Assembly (NCBI GenBank): GCA_963751665.1
Contig: CAVVVF010000001.1
Span: forward strand, 18,652-82,651
Reading direction: 5' to 3'
Source: an uncultured Actinomycetes bacterium
Lineage (GTDB): Bacteria; Actinomycetota; UBA4738; HRBIN12
Length of the DNA: 64,000 nt
Positions 11,742 through 21,788 of this stretch are shown piece by piece. The notes under the pieces are model-generated. The model was not told the DNA's origin. It was given only the letters and a program-made list of their open reading frames with translations, and did no database searches. Positions within the stretch are counted from its first letter, which is position 1. Each line of letters opens with the position of its first letter. The position numbers and the translations under genes were made by a program.

Positions 11742-13091
11742 AGAGTGTGTTCGATGCGCGTCTCACGCGGCGAGAGCTGCTGCGCAACTCCGCGGTGTTC
11801 GGCGCCGCGACGTTCGCGGCGACGACCCTGTCGGCGTGCGGGCTGGGCAAGAGCAGCTCCGAAGAGAGCTCGGGCAAGATCGTGATCGGGGCCTTCCAGG
11901 ACAACGCGCTGGCGCCACTCCGGGACACGTTCTTCAAGCGGTTCACGGACGAGACCGGCATCAAGGTCCAGTACAACGAGACCAACTACGACAGCTGGTA
12001 CCAGAACGCGAAGAACGACGGGCTGAACAAGACCGGCGCCTACGATATCTACATCATGGACGACAACTGGGTGCCGGAGTTCGCGGCCGCGGGGATCCTG
12101 ATCGATCTCGAGGCCGCCGGACTGAAGCCGAACCCCGACCTGCTCGAGAACGGTCTGAACCAGGGGTATTGGCCGCCCAAGGTCGGCCCCCGTCTCAAGG
12201 ACGTCGCGAACGACGAACCCGAAGTTGTACGCGCTCCCGATCGACGACGACGTCCAGATGCTCTACTACAACTCGGACCAGTTCTCCTCCCCGCCGGCGA
12301 CGTGGGACGAGATCTTCGCCGCGATGAAGGACAAGGCGAATCCGCCGAATATGTACGGGTGGACGATCCGCGGGGTGAAGGGCAATCCGATCATGCAGAC
12401 CTTCCTCCCGGTCCTGAACTCCTACGGCGGGGCCTTCGCGAACGATGACTGGACGCCCGGGTTCGACGGGCCTGAGGGCGTCGGCGCGCTCGAGCGGATC
12501 TTCAGCTTCATCCCGTATATGCCATCGGGGATCGTGGAGTTCGACACGGACCAGGAGATCCAGGTCCTGCTGCAGGGCCAGAGCCTCGCACTCACCGAGT
12601 ACACCGGCCTCACGCAGCGCATCGACGACCCCGAGTCCTCGACGGTGGTCGGCAAGATCGACTGCGCGGCGACGCCCGCGGAGGAAAAGAGCGGTCCGGC
12701 GATCGGCATCTTCAACGCCGGCGTCCCGCCCTCGGCGCCGAACACCGACGGGGCGATCCGGTTCCTCGACTGGTTCACGAGCGATGACGTCCAGTTGGAC
12801 TTCGCGAAGACGGGAAGTGCCGCGGTGACCCGCAAGGCGCTGACGGACCCGTCGGCGATCTCCGAGGCGCGATGGCTGCCGGCGATGGCGGACGCCGTGG
12901 ACAACTCGACCCCGAAGCCTCGGACCCCGGATGAGCCCAAGATGGAGGACATCCTGGGGACGGAGCTCAACAAGGCGCTCGTAGAGGCGATCGCGGCGAA
13001 CGGAGACTACGGCGGCATCGCGCAGAAGCACCTGAGCGCCGCCGCCGACCAGATGACGTCCTACCTGGAACAGCAGGGGGGCTACTACTAG
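11738..13091 (+). CDS. ABC transporter substrate-binding protein (SBP_bac_1-like), lipoprotein/Tat-like signal; apparent frameshift near 12215
   Basis: Start overlaps ATPase stop; signal RRELLRNSAVFGAATFAATTLSAC; two frames needed (…KDVANDEPEV / KLYALPIDDDVQMLYYNSDQF…). Confidence 0.6.
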
Positions 13092-13113
13092 ACCGGGCGG
13101 GGACGGCGGAGCG

Positions 13114-14037
13114 GTGGCCGGCGACGCGATCGCGGTTCGGCGGCCGACTGCGGGCCTCGGGCGGGCCGTCGCCGCCGGCTCGCCCTACCTGCTGATCGCG
13201 CCCGCCCTGCTCTTCATGGCCGCCGTGTCGGTCTACCCGCTGTTCTACGGCGTGCGCGCGAGCCTGGCCGCGTACAAGTACGGGCGCGAACTGGGCTTCC
13301 ACGGGCTGGACAGTTACCGGACGGTGCTCGCCGACGACGTCTTCTGGCAGGCGATGTACGTGACGCTGCGGTTCGTCTTCCTGGCGGTGACGATCGAGAC
13401 GATCCTTGGCGTCGCCCTCGCCGTCCTGCTCTCGCGCGACCTGCGGTTCGCCGGAGCGATCCGCACCGGGTTGATCATCCCGATGACCGTGGCGCCGGTT
13501 GTGGTCGGCATCGTGTGGCGGCTGCTCTATGCGTCCGACGTCGGCATCGTGAACCCGCTCTTCCGGATGGTCGGGCTGCACGCGCCCGACGTGCTCTCCC
13601 ACGGCACGAGCGCGTTCATGGGTCTCGTAGCCGTCGACGTGTGGGAGTGGACGCCGCTCATCATGTTGATCGTGCTGGCCGGGCTGAACGGCCTGCCTCG
13701 CGACCCGATCGAGGGGGCGCGCGTCGACGGGGCGAGCGAGCTGCGCGTCTTCTTCGACCACACGCTGCCGCTCGTGCGTCCGGTGCTGCTCGTGGCGATC
13801 ATCCTTCGGACGATCGACGCGATCGGGACGTTCGACCAGGTGTTCGTGCTGACGAAGGGCGGACCCGGCACGTCCACCCAGCTGATCGCGATCTACGGCT
13901 ACAACACGGCGTTCCGCTTCAGCCAGTACGGGCAGGCTTCGGCGATGATGCTGCTGGTGCTCGTCGGGATGTCCGTGCTGCTGGTTGCGGCGATCCGTAC
14001 CATTCGCGGCGCGGCGAAGAAAGCGACGGGCGCGTAG
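13114..14037 (+). CDS. carbohydrate ABC transporter permease (MalF/UgpA-like)
   Basis: Six-helix TM profile with EAA-like loop ...VDGASELRVFFDHTLPLVRPVL. Confidence 0.75.
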   Translation: MAGDAIAVRRPTAGLGRAVAAGSPYLLIAPALLFMAAVSVYPLFYGVRASLAAYKYGRELGFHGLDSYRTVLADDVFWQAMYVTLRFVFLAVTIETILGVALAVLLSRDLRFAGAIRTGLIIPMTVAPVVVGIVWRLLYASDVGIVNPLFRMVGLHAPDVLSHGTSAFMGLVAVDVWEWTPLIMLIVLAGLNGLPRDPIEGARVDGASELRVFFDHTLPLVRPVLLVAIILRTIDAIGTFDQVFVLTKGGPGTSTQLIAIYGYNTAFRFSQYGQASAMMLLVLVGMSVLLVAAIRTIRGAAKKATGA

Positions 14038-14864
14038 TGCGCAGCCGAACCCGGACGGTGACGATGTACGTGGCCATCGCGTTCGCGCTGGTGATCGGGC
14101 TATTCCCCATCTGGTGGATGATCGTCACGTCGTTCAAGCAGCCAGTCGACATCTACTCGGGCGTCTCAATGATCCCTCAGCACTTCACGATGGACAACTA
14201 CGTCGAGCTGTTCCGAGACCGGCACTTCGGCAGCTATCTCGGTAACAGCCTGGTGGTCGTCGCGCTCTCGGTGGCCATCAGCCTGGCCGTCGGGACGCTC
14301 GCCGCGTACGCGCTGACGCGATCGACGATCGGCGAGCGCATCGGCCGTCTCTCGCTCGTCGGGGCGCTCGTCGTGCGCATGGTGCCGCCGATCCTGCTCG
14401 CGATCCCGTTGTACATCGTGCTCGGGAAGTTCGGACTGCTCGACACGAAGCTCGGCCTGATCTTCGTCTACGCCGGGCTCAACGTGAGCCTTGTGGTCTG
14501 GATGATGGAGAGCTACCTGGGCGAGATCCCGCCCGAGATCGAGGAAGCGGCGCTCGTCGACGGGGACACGCCGCTGTCCGCGCTTCGCCGGATCATCCTG
14601 CCGCTCGCGGCCCCTGGCATGGTGGCGACGGCGATCTTCAGCGTGATCGTCACGTACAACGAGTTCCTGTTGGCCCTGTCGTTCACGTCGACGCCGAACT
14701 CGCAGACGATCACGGTGGGCGTGAGCACGCTGATCGGCAAGATCCAGATCGAGTGGGGGCCCATGGCGGCCGCCGGCGTGATCGGCGCCGTTCCGATCAT
14801 CGTCTTCGCGCTCCTCGTGCAACGTCACTTCGTCCGGGGTCTCACGCTCGGGGCGATCAAGTAG
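14038..14864 (+). CDS. carbohydrate ABC transporter permease (MalG/UgpE-like)
   Basis: GTG start abutting upstream stop; EAA motif EEAALVDGDTPLSALRRIILPLAAPG. Confidence 0.75.
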
Positions 14865-15047
14865 CGAGGTTGAAGTCCCGGCTGTCCCGCCGGAAACCCA
14901 GTGTTCCACGGGTCACTCGGATACCTGCGGCGATGCGCGAATCTGGTCGCGACCTGCGCATCTAGTTGATCGGCCCTTCGCATCGCTGGGCGTGGAGGAG
15001 GTTGTCGGCGAGACGCAGGTCCTTGGGGCCCGGGCTATGGTTGGTCG

Positions 15048-18000
15048 ATGGTCTGCCCCGAGTGCGCGACGCCGAACCCGGATGGAGCTCGGTTCTGTCT
15101 GAACTGCGGGGTTCCTCTCGAGCGGTCCTCGTCGACCGGGCGTGCGACGCGACTCGAGTCCTACCTCCCGAGCGGGATGCTTGCCAAGCTCGAGGCGGCG
15201 CGGGCGGGTCGATCGATGCAGGGCGAGCGCCGGATCGTGACGATGCTCTTCTGCGACGTTGTGGGCTCGACGGCGATGGCCGAGCGGCTCGATCCCGAGG
15301 AGTGGACCGAGATCATGAACGGGGCATTCGAGAACCTCATCGCCCCGGTCTATCGCTACGAGGGCACGTTGGCCCGGCTGATGGGCGATGCGATCTTCGC
15401 GTTCTTCGGCGCGCCGATCGCCCATGAGGACGACCCGCAGCGGGCGGTCGCCGCCGGCCTGGAGATCGTCGAGGGGATCCGCGCCTACCGCGAGAGGATG
15501 AAGGGCGATCGCGATCTGGACTTGAACGTCCGCGTGGGCATCAACACGGGCCCCGTCGTGGTCGGCGAGGTCGGCTCGGATCTTCGACTCGAGTACACGG
15601 CCATGGGCGACGCGGTGAACGTCGCGGCTCGAATGGAGCAGACGGCCGAGCCCGGCACGGTGCAGATCACGGCAGAGACGCACCGCCTCGTCGCTCCGCT
15701 CTTCGACGTCGAGTCCCGAGGCGCCGTCCAGGTCAAGGGGAAGGCCGAGCCGGTTGCGGCCTATCGGGTCGTCCGAAGGAAGAAGCAGCCTGGACCCACG
15801 CGCGGGTTCCGTGCCGGCGGGGCGCCGCTGGTGGGGCGGGGGCGCGAGATGGCACTGCTCCAGCGTGCCGTCGACGAGGTGATCGACGGACGAGGCCAGA
15901 TCGTCTCGCTGATCGGAGAGGCCGGTCTGGGGAAGAGCCGGTTGATCGAGGAGACCCGTGAGGTCTGGGCGACACGTCGGGCAGAGGGGGACTACGAGGT
16001 CGGGGACATCCGACGGATCTGGGAAGTCTGGCAGTGCGTGTCCTACGACACGACACGCCCCTACGCGCAATACCGGCGCATGCTGGCCAAGATCGCTGGG
16101 ATCGACGACACCGACCCACCGGACGTCGTCCGGGAGAAGCTGGCACGGACCATCGATTTTTCTGCGGATTGGGTGGAACCCCACATGCGGGTCTGGCGCT
16201 CGCTCTTCGGTATTCCGGAGCCCGGAGAAGTACCACTGGAAGGCGAGGCATTCAGGCGCGCGATCACGGAGCTGGTCGTTTCATCCACCCGCCACGTCGG
16301 CTCCGAACCCCGGCTACTGGTGTTCGAGGACTTGCACTGGTGCGACGAAGCTTCCATGGACCTGTTGATCGAGACGGCCAAGGTCGTCGATGACCTACCG
16401 AGCCTGTTCCTGTTCGCCTTCCGTCCCGACCGGCAGGCGCCGTCCTGGCGTCTGAAACAGTGGCTCGAGGTCGAGTATCCGCACCGCTCCACGGAGATCG
16501 TGCTCACTCCTCTCTCGGATCAGGAGAGCAGCGATTTGATCGACGAACTGCTGCCGGAAGAGGGCAGATCAGACACCATCCGAACCCAGATCCTCGAAAG
16601 GACGGAGGGCAACCCGCTGTTCGTGGAGGAAGTGGCTGCCGCCGTCCTCGAGCAGGGATCCACGGATGAGGGCATCGCGGTTCCGACCACCCTGCAGGCG
16701 CTGATTACCGCGCGCCTCGACACGCTCGACGACGAGGCCAGACGTACGCTGCAGCTCGCCTCGGTCATAGGGCGCTCGTTCCTCGAACCCGTCCTTGCCG
16801 CCGTCGCAGGCGACGGCACCGACCTCCGAGCGCGACTGAGCACGCTGGAGCGGGTGAGTCTCATCAGCGAGACCGCCCGGATGCCCGAGCGCGAGTACGC
16901 GTTCCACCACAGCCTGACCCAGGAGGCCACGTACGGCACGATCCTGCGGCGAGAGCGGCGCAAGCTCCATCTGCGGGTCGGAGAAGCCTTGGAGCGGCTG
17001 TACGTGAACCGGATCGAGGATTTCGCGCCCCTGCTCGCTCGCCACTTCCAGGAGGCCGGCGACGACGACCGCACGCTCCGCTACGCCACCGTCGCGGGCG
17101 ATCACGCGGCCAAGCTCTACGCCAATGCCGATGCGGTGACCCACTACACGAATGCGATCGACGCCGCTCGGCGGCTCGAGCGTTCGGAGGAGCAGCTCCG
17201 GCTGTTCCCGAGCCGCGGCAGGGCGTTCGAGCTCGCGGCGCGCTACGACGACGCGGTTGCCAACGACGAGTCGTGGCGCGCGCTCGCGGAGGAGGGGGGC
17301 GATCGGTCAGCCGTGCTCGGCGCCGAAATGGCGCTCGCCACCCTGTTCTCGACGCCGACCCCGAAGTTCGATGCCGAGCGCGGTCGAGCGCTCTCGGAAC
17401 GCACGCTGGACCTGGCGCGCGAGCTCGGCGATCGCGTGGCCGAGTCCAAGGCTCTGTGGAACTTGATGATCCTGAACGTGTACGGCGGCGGGGACCTCCG
17501 CGAGGCCGTGGACGCGGGAGAGCGGTCGCTGGCCATCGCGCGTGAGCTGGATGCGCGGGAGCAGATGGCCTTCACGCTGAACGACCTGTGGCGTCCGAAC
17601 GTCGCGATCGGTGGGTTGGGAGCATCACGCGCGAGCCTGGAGGAGGCGCGGACGCTCTGGCGCGAGCTCGGCAACCTCCCGATGCTGAGTGAGAACCTTG
17701 CCAGCTCTGCCTCGGTTGCCCGCCTCGTCGGGAACGACCGGGATGCGCTCGCCCTCGCCGAGGAGGCCCACGGGATCGCCAAGGACATCGGCAACCTGTG
17801 GGGCCAGGCGTACAGCCTGATGAACATCTACGGCATCTACCTGGATCGCGGCGAGCTAGGAAGGGCCATGGAAACGATGCGGGAATGCATCGCGATCGCC
17901 GAGCCCGCCGGGTTCATCCCTCCACAGGCGACCACCCGCGCCGACCTCGCGTCCGTCCACGCGTACCTCGGCGATCTCGAGGGGGCCCAGGAGCTCGTGC

Positions 18001-18590
18001 GGGTCGCCCTCGACGTGGCGAGGCAGAAGCAGCCGATCGCGCTCCCGTGGGTTATGGGCGCGAAGTCGGAGCTCCACCTTCTGGCAGGCGAGCTCGACGA
18101 GGCCGAGGCCGCCGTCGGTGGGAGCCAGGTCGAGCTGCTCCCGGAGCCGCTCCAGTCCACAGCGTCCATCCACGTGGCGCTCGTCCGCGGCCGCATCGCC
18201 TTGGCGAGAGGCGACCAGGCCCGAGCCGTCGAGATCGCCGACACGATCCTCGAGCGTTTGCGCCGGCTCGAGGTCCGGCAGTTCGCCGCAGACGTCCTCT
18301 TGCTCAAGGGAAGCTCACTCGCCTCGGCTGGAAAGACCGATGAGGCCGAGCGCGTGCTCGGGGAGGCGCGGGCGGAGGCGGAGAGGCTCGAGTGCCGGCG
18401 AATCTTGTGGGAGGTGCTTTGGGCGCTGAGCGAGATCTTGGACGTACAGGGGAACGCGGAGGACGCCAAAGAGCTCCGGGCCGAAGCTCGGCGCCTCGTT
18501 GAGCGGATAGCGGAAAGTGTCGATGAGGAGGAGCTCCGGTTGGGCTTCCTGGAACGGCCCGACGTGATGGTCGTGCTTACCGACCATTGA
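15048..18590 (+). CDS. class III adenylate/guanylate cyclase with N-terminal zinc ribbon, AAA/STAND NTPase and C-terminal TPR repeats
   Basis: CPECATPNPDGARFCLNCG; cyclase core FCDVVGSTAMAERL...GDAIFAFFGAP...RVGINTGPVVVGEVGS...AMGDAVNVAARME; Walker A GEAGLGKSRL; long TPR-like C-terminus; intact 1180 aa. Confidence 0.8.
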   Translation: MVCPECATPNPDGARFCLNCGVPLERSSSTGRATRLESYLPSGMLAKLEAARAGRSMQGERRIVTMLFCDVVGSTAMAERLDPEEWTEIMNGAFENLIAPVYRYEGTLARLMGDAIFAFFGAPIAHEDDPQRAVAAGLEIVEGIRAYRERMKGDRDLDLNVRVGINTGPVVVGEVGSDLRLEYTAMGDAVNVAARMEQTAEPGTVQITAETHRLVAPLFDVESRGAVQVKGKAEPVAAYRVVRRKKQPGPTRGFRAGGAPLVGRGREMALLQRAVDEVIDGRGQIVSLIGEAGLGKSRLIEETREVWATRRAEGDYEVGDIRRIWEVWQCVSYDTTRPYAQYRRMLAKIAGIDDTDPPDVVREKLARTIDFSADWVEPHMRVWRSLFGIPEPGEVPLEGEAFRRAITELVVSSTRHVGSEPRLLVFEDLHWCDEASMDLLIETAKVVDDLPSLFLFAFRPDRQAPSWRLKQWLEVEYPHRSTEIVLTPLSDQESSDLIDELLPEEGRSDTIRTQILERTEGNPLFVEEVAAAVLEQGSTDEGIAVPTTLQALITARLDTLDDEARRTLQLASVIGRSFLEPVLAAVAGDGTDLRARLSTLERVSLISETARMPEREYAFHHSLTQEATYGTILRRERRKLHLRVGEALERLYVNRIEDFAPLLARHFQEAGDDDRTLRYATVAGDHAAKLYANADAVTHYTNAIDAARRLERSEEQLRLFPSRGRAFELAARYDDAVANDESWRALAEEGGDRSAVLGAEMALATLFSTPTPKFDAERGRALSERTLDLARELGDRVAESKALWNLMILNVYGGGDLREAVDAGERSLAIARELDAREQMAFTLNDLWRPNVAIGGLGASRASLEEARTLWRELGNLPMLSENLASSASVARLVGNDRDALALAEEAHGIAKDIGNLWGQAYSLMNIYGIYLDRGELGRAMETMRECIAIAEPAGFIPPQATTRADLASVHAYLGDLEGAQELVRVALDVARQKQPIALPWVMGAKSELHLLAGELDEAEAAVGGSQVELLPEPLQSTASIHVALVRGRIALARGDQARAVEIADTILERLRRLEVRQFAADVLLLKGSSLASAGKTDEAERVLGEARAEAERLECRRILWEVLWALSEILDVQGNAEDAKELRAEARRLVERIAESVDEEELRLGFLERPDVMVVLTDH

Positions 18591-18670
18591 CATCGGCTGG
18601 TCTCTTTCTCTTCCGCGCAGAGCGCGCGGGACGACTATGTTTGGTCCGACTGACGGGTGGGAGCCGCGGC

Positions 18671-21532
18671 ATGGGGATCGCTTCACGAACGCTGCGCATC
18701 AGGACAGGCGAGGGTCGCATTGCGGCGCTGCTTGTCAGTCTGACGTTCGCGTCTATGGCCGCCCTTACGGTGGGCGAGAGCGGGATCGACGCGTTGTTCT
18801 TCGACCGCGTCGGCACGGACGCGCTTCCGCTCATGTACCTCCTGCAGGGAGGCGCGACGTTCGTTGCGATGCTGGTGCTCACAGGCATCCTCGGTAGGTT
18901 TGGCCCGCGACGGGCGTACGTCTTGGCACCCCTCGCACTTGGCGTGCTCGTGGTGGCCGAGCGCAGCGTGCTCGTCACCGACGTCCGGTGGATCTACCCG
19001 GTCCTGTGGGTAACGGTCGCTCTCGCTTGGCTCATCCAGGGCATCTTCCTGTGGGGAACGGCTGGGGCCGTCGTCGACACTCGGCAGGCCAAGCGCCTGT
19101 TCCCGATCTTCGCTGCCGGGGGAATCCTCGGCTCAGTCGTCGGCGGCTTGATCACGCGGCCCATTGCCTCGACGATCGGAGCGGAGAACCTCCTTCTCGT
19201 CTGGGCGGGTGTGCTCGGCGGCGTATTCGTCTTGTGTCGAGCGGCGCTCGGTCCTGCCTCGGGCGGCGTACGCCGACGGGTCGCGCGGAAGCGCGTGTCG
19301 GCGCTGAAAGACATTGCCCAAGGCCTCGCGTACGTTCGTCGATCGAGGCTGCTCATGTGGATGACGGCCGCAGCGGTCCTTTTCTCCGTCCTCTACTACT
19401 CGCTGTACCTGCCCTACGCGCGGGCCGCGAGTGATCGCTTCCCGGACGCAGACAAGCTCGCCGGCTTCTTCGGGCTGTTCTGGGCGGGCGTGACCGGTGT
19501 CGCGTTCCTGGTCTCCATGCTGCTCACGAACCGCCTGTTCGCATGGTTCGGCTTGGCGGCGATGGTCATCGTGCTCCCGATGCTGTACACGGGGGCGTTC
19601 GGCATCCTCCTCCTGGGATCGGGGTTCCTGACACTGGTCGCGGTACGGTTCGCGATCGGTGTGTGGCTCCAGGGTGTCGCATCGCCGGGTTGGGAGACGC
19701 TCGTCAACGTCGTCCCGGAGACCAGACGCGACCAGACGCGGGCGTTCCTCAACGGCGGGCCGGCGCAGATAGGGACGGCGATCGCAGGCGTCGTGGCGCT
19801 CGTCGGTCAGGACGTCTTGACGCAGCGCCAGCTCGCTGCTATCGGTCTTGTGGCGGCAGCGTTGACGGTCGTCGCGGCGTTCGGCATCCGCCGATCCTAC
19901 GCGGACGCGCTTGCAGACGCCCTCCGCGCCGGCTGGCCGCAGGTGTTTGACCGCGCCTTCGTCCGCGGGATCCCGATCCCGGTCGCCGTCGATGCAGAAG
20001 CGGCACGGGTACTCGCCGACTTGGTGCGATCGCCGGACGTGCGCGTCCGTCGGCTCGCGTTCCAGATGGTCGCTGACCTGCCGCCGGACACACGACCGAT
20101 CGAGTTTGCGGAGGGGCTCGACGACGCCGACCCGATCGTTCGGCTCGCCGCCGTCCGGGCCCTCGACGTTGCGACCATCTCTTGGCGCGATGCGCTGTTG
20201 GCGAGGATCGACGACCCTGACACTGCGGTCGCCGCAGCGGCAGCCGCGCGCGCGATCGGCCTCGTCGCGGACCCAAGACCGGCGGCTCGACTGCGCGAGC
20301 TCCTCGCCGCCGCCGACACCGAGACTCGTCGCGCGGCGCTCGAGCAGCTCGCGCTCGCGCCGCGCGATCAAGCGGCGGCGTTCGCCTCGGAGCTGGTCGC
20401 CGATGCGTCCGGCGACGTCCGTGCCCTGGCGCTCGAGAGACTGGCCGATGCCGCCCCCGCCGAAGCCGTAGAGCCTGCGCTCGCCGGGATGGGGGACCCG
20501 GACCCCGCGGTCCGGATGGCGGCGGGGCGGGCCCTCGGCATGGCGGACGGCCGAGCTCTTGACCACGTCTTGGCAGCACTCGACGATCCACAAACGGCCG
20601 GTGCCGCAATCGAGGCGGTTCGCCGTTTGGAACTCGACGGCAGGGGAGATCGGGTCCGAGAATTCGTCCGTTCGACGGCCGCGCGCGCCATGCGAGATCG
20701 GGAACTGGTCGCCGCGATCCCTCCCGACGGGGAAGAGGTCTCGCTCCTGCGCGATGCGATCCTCGATCGGGGACGACGCGTAGCCCTCTCCGCCCTCTGG
20801 GCGGCGACGATGGTCGCCCACCGGCGCGGCCTGATGGTGGAGGCGATCGAGAACCTTGACAGCAAGTCCGGTCAACTCGCGAACGCGCTCGAGACGCTCG
20901 AGGCCGCGGGGGACCCACTCGTACATCCACTCCTCGGCCTGTGGGAGCCCGCTGGAGCAATGACCCACGGCGCCGGCGAGGACTGGCTGGCCCGGGCCCT
21001 CGCGGACGGTGACGGATTCATCGGTCAATGCGCGGAGCTCGTGCGCGCTCGAAGAGAAGGAGAATCGATGACTGGGTCGACGATGACGCTCTCGGTGATC
21101 GAACGGGTGCTCTTCCTCCGGCAGGTTTCGCTGTTTGTCGATCTCCCTCCGGCCGATCTTGAGCGCGTGGCCTCGATCGCCGATGAGCTCAGCTATTCCG
21201 ACGGGGACGTGATCGCAGCGGAGGGCGAGTTCGGCCAGGAGCTCCACATCGTGGTCGATGGGACATTGCTGGTGACCCAGGACCGCGACGGATCGGAACA
21301 GGAGCTGGCGCGCCGAACCACCGGAGACGTTGTGGGTGAGATGTCCCTCATCACCCAGACGCCGCGGATCGCCTCGCTCGTGGCCGACGGCGATGTACGC
21401 ACGATCCGGATCGGCCATCGAGAGTTCGAGAGCATGCTTCGCGAGCGCCCTGGGGTCGGCCTCGCCGTGATGCGTGTGCTCGCCAATCGCCTCGCAGAGG
21501 TGTCGCCCCGTCCGGAACCGGGCAGGGTATGA
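18671..21532 (+). CDS. TLC (ATP/ADP translocase-like nucleotide transporter family) membrane domain fused to HEAT/PBS-lyase repeats and a C-terminal cyclic-nucleotide-binding domain
   Basis: About 12 TM helices with NTT-like motif QAKRLFPIFAAGGILGSVVGG; repeated DPD/DPDPAVRMAAGRALG HEAT-like units; cNMP fold LFLRQVSLFVDLPPADLERVA...GEMSLIT...RTIRIGHREFESMLRE. Frame is open from a TTG at 18587 overlapping the upstream stop; first ATG at 18671. Confidence 0.7.
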   Translation: MGIASRTLRIRTGEGRIAALLVSLTFASMAALTVGESGIDALFFDRVGTDALPLMYLLQGGATFVAMLVLTGILGRFGPRRAYVLAPLALGVLVVAERSVLVTDVRWIYPVLWVTVALAWLIQGIFLWGTAGAVVDTRQAKRLFPIFAAGGILGSVVGGLITRPIASTIGAENLLLVWAGVLGGVFVLCRAALGPASGGVRRRVARKRVSALKDIAQGLAYVRRSRLLMWMTAAAVLFSVLYYSLYLPYARAASDRFPDADKLAGFFGLFWAGVTGVAFLVSMLLTNRLFAWFGLAAMVIVLPMLYTGAFGILLLGSGFLTLVAVRFAIGVWLQGVASPGWETLVNVVPETRRDQTRAFLNGGPAQIGTAIAGVVALVGQDVLTQRQLAAIGLVAAALTVVAAFGIRRSYADALADALRAGWPQVFDRAFVRGIPIPVAVDAEAARVLADLVRSPDVRVRRLAFQMVADLPPDTRPIEFAEGLDDADPIVRLAAVRALDVATISWRDALLARIDDPDTAVAAAAAARAIGLVADPRPAARLRELLAAADTETRRAALEQLALAPRDQAAAFASELVADASGDVRALALERLADAAPAEAVEPALAGMGDPDPAVRMAAGRALGMADGRALDHVLAALDDPQTAGAAIEAVRRLELDGRGDRVREFVRSTAARAMRDRELVAAIPPDGEEVSLLRDAILDRGRRVALSALWAATMVAHRRGLMVEAIENLDSKSGQLANALETLEAAGDPLVHPLLGLWEPAGAMTHGAGEDWLARALADGDGFIGQCAELVRARREGESMTGSTMTLSVIERVLFLRQVSLFVDLPPADLERVASIADELSYSDGDVIAAEGEFGQELHIVVDGTLLVTQDRDGSEQELARRTTGDVVGEMSLITQTPRIASLVADGDVRTIRIGHREFESMLRERPGVGLAVMRVLANRLAEVSPRPEPGRV

Positions 21533-21617
21533 GCGGATGGTGCGCGTCGCATCTGGACTCATCGGGCGTTCCGGGCGAGCCGCGTGTCCAGCACTCCTCT
21601 GGCCTGCGGGGCTCTTC

Positions 21618-21659
21618 GTAGTCCCAACGGGATTTGAACCCGTGTCTCCACCTTGAGAG
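21618..21659 (-). repeat. direct repeat copy 1 of the 42-bp 3' half of tRNA-Glu (putative distal att site of island 1)
   Basis: gtagtcccaacgggatttgaacccgtgtctccaccttgagag identical to 47606-47647 and to the 3' half of the intact tRNA at 54851-54892. Confidence 0.75.
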
Positions 21660-21754
21660 TGTTCTAGGGGCCACTCTCGCTACCCGGGGCGATTCGCGAA
21701 TCTGCCTCCTGAACTGCGCATTTTGTTGCTCAGCCCTTCTCGTTGTTTCTTCCC

Positions 21755-21788
21755 GTCTCCCGGTCGTTCGCGGGACGAATGCGGGACG
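21755..21788. repeat. arm-type repeat gtctcccggtcgttcgcgggacgaatgcgggacg next to att copy 1 (second copy at 47742-47780)
   Basis: Exact 33-34 bp match between the two island left ends, embedded in about 130 bp of roughly 65% similar flanks; contains internal direct repeat gcgggacgaa. Confidence 0.6.

Noticed and set aside
12195-13031. 278-aa minus-strand ORF
   Set aside because: Antisense to the substrate-binding protein gene; compositionally biased.
14913-16184. 423-aa minus-strand ORF overlapping the start of the cyclase gene
   Set aside because: Antisense to the cyclase catalytic domain, which has clear motifs; spurious high-GC ORF.
19133-21562. 809-aa minus-strand ORF
   Set aside because: Lies antisense to the well-supported TLC-HEAT-cNBD gene. 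It is Arg/Pro/Gly-rich low-complexity translation typical of spurious ORFs in 70% GC DNA; no domain-like segments.
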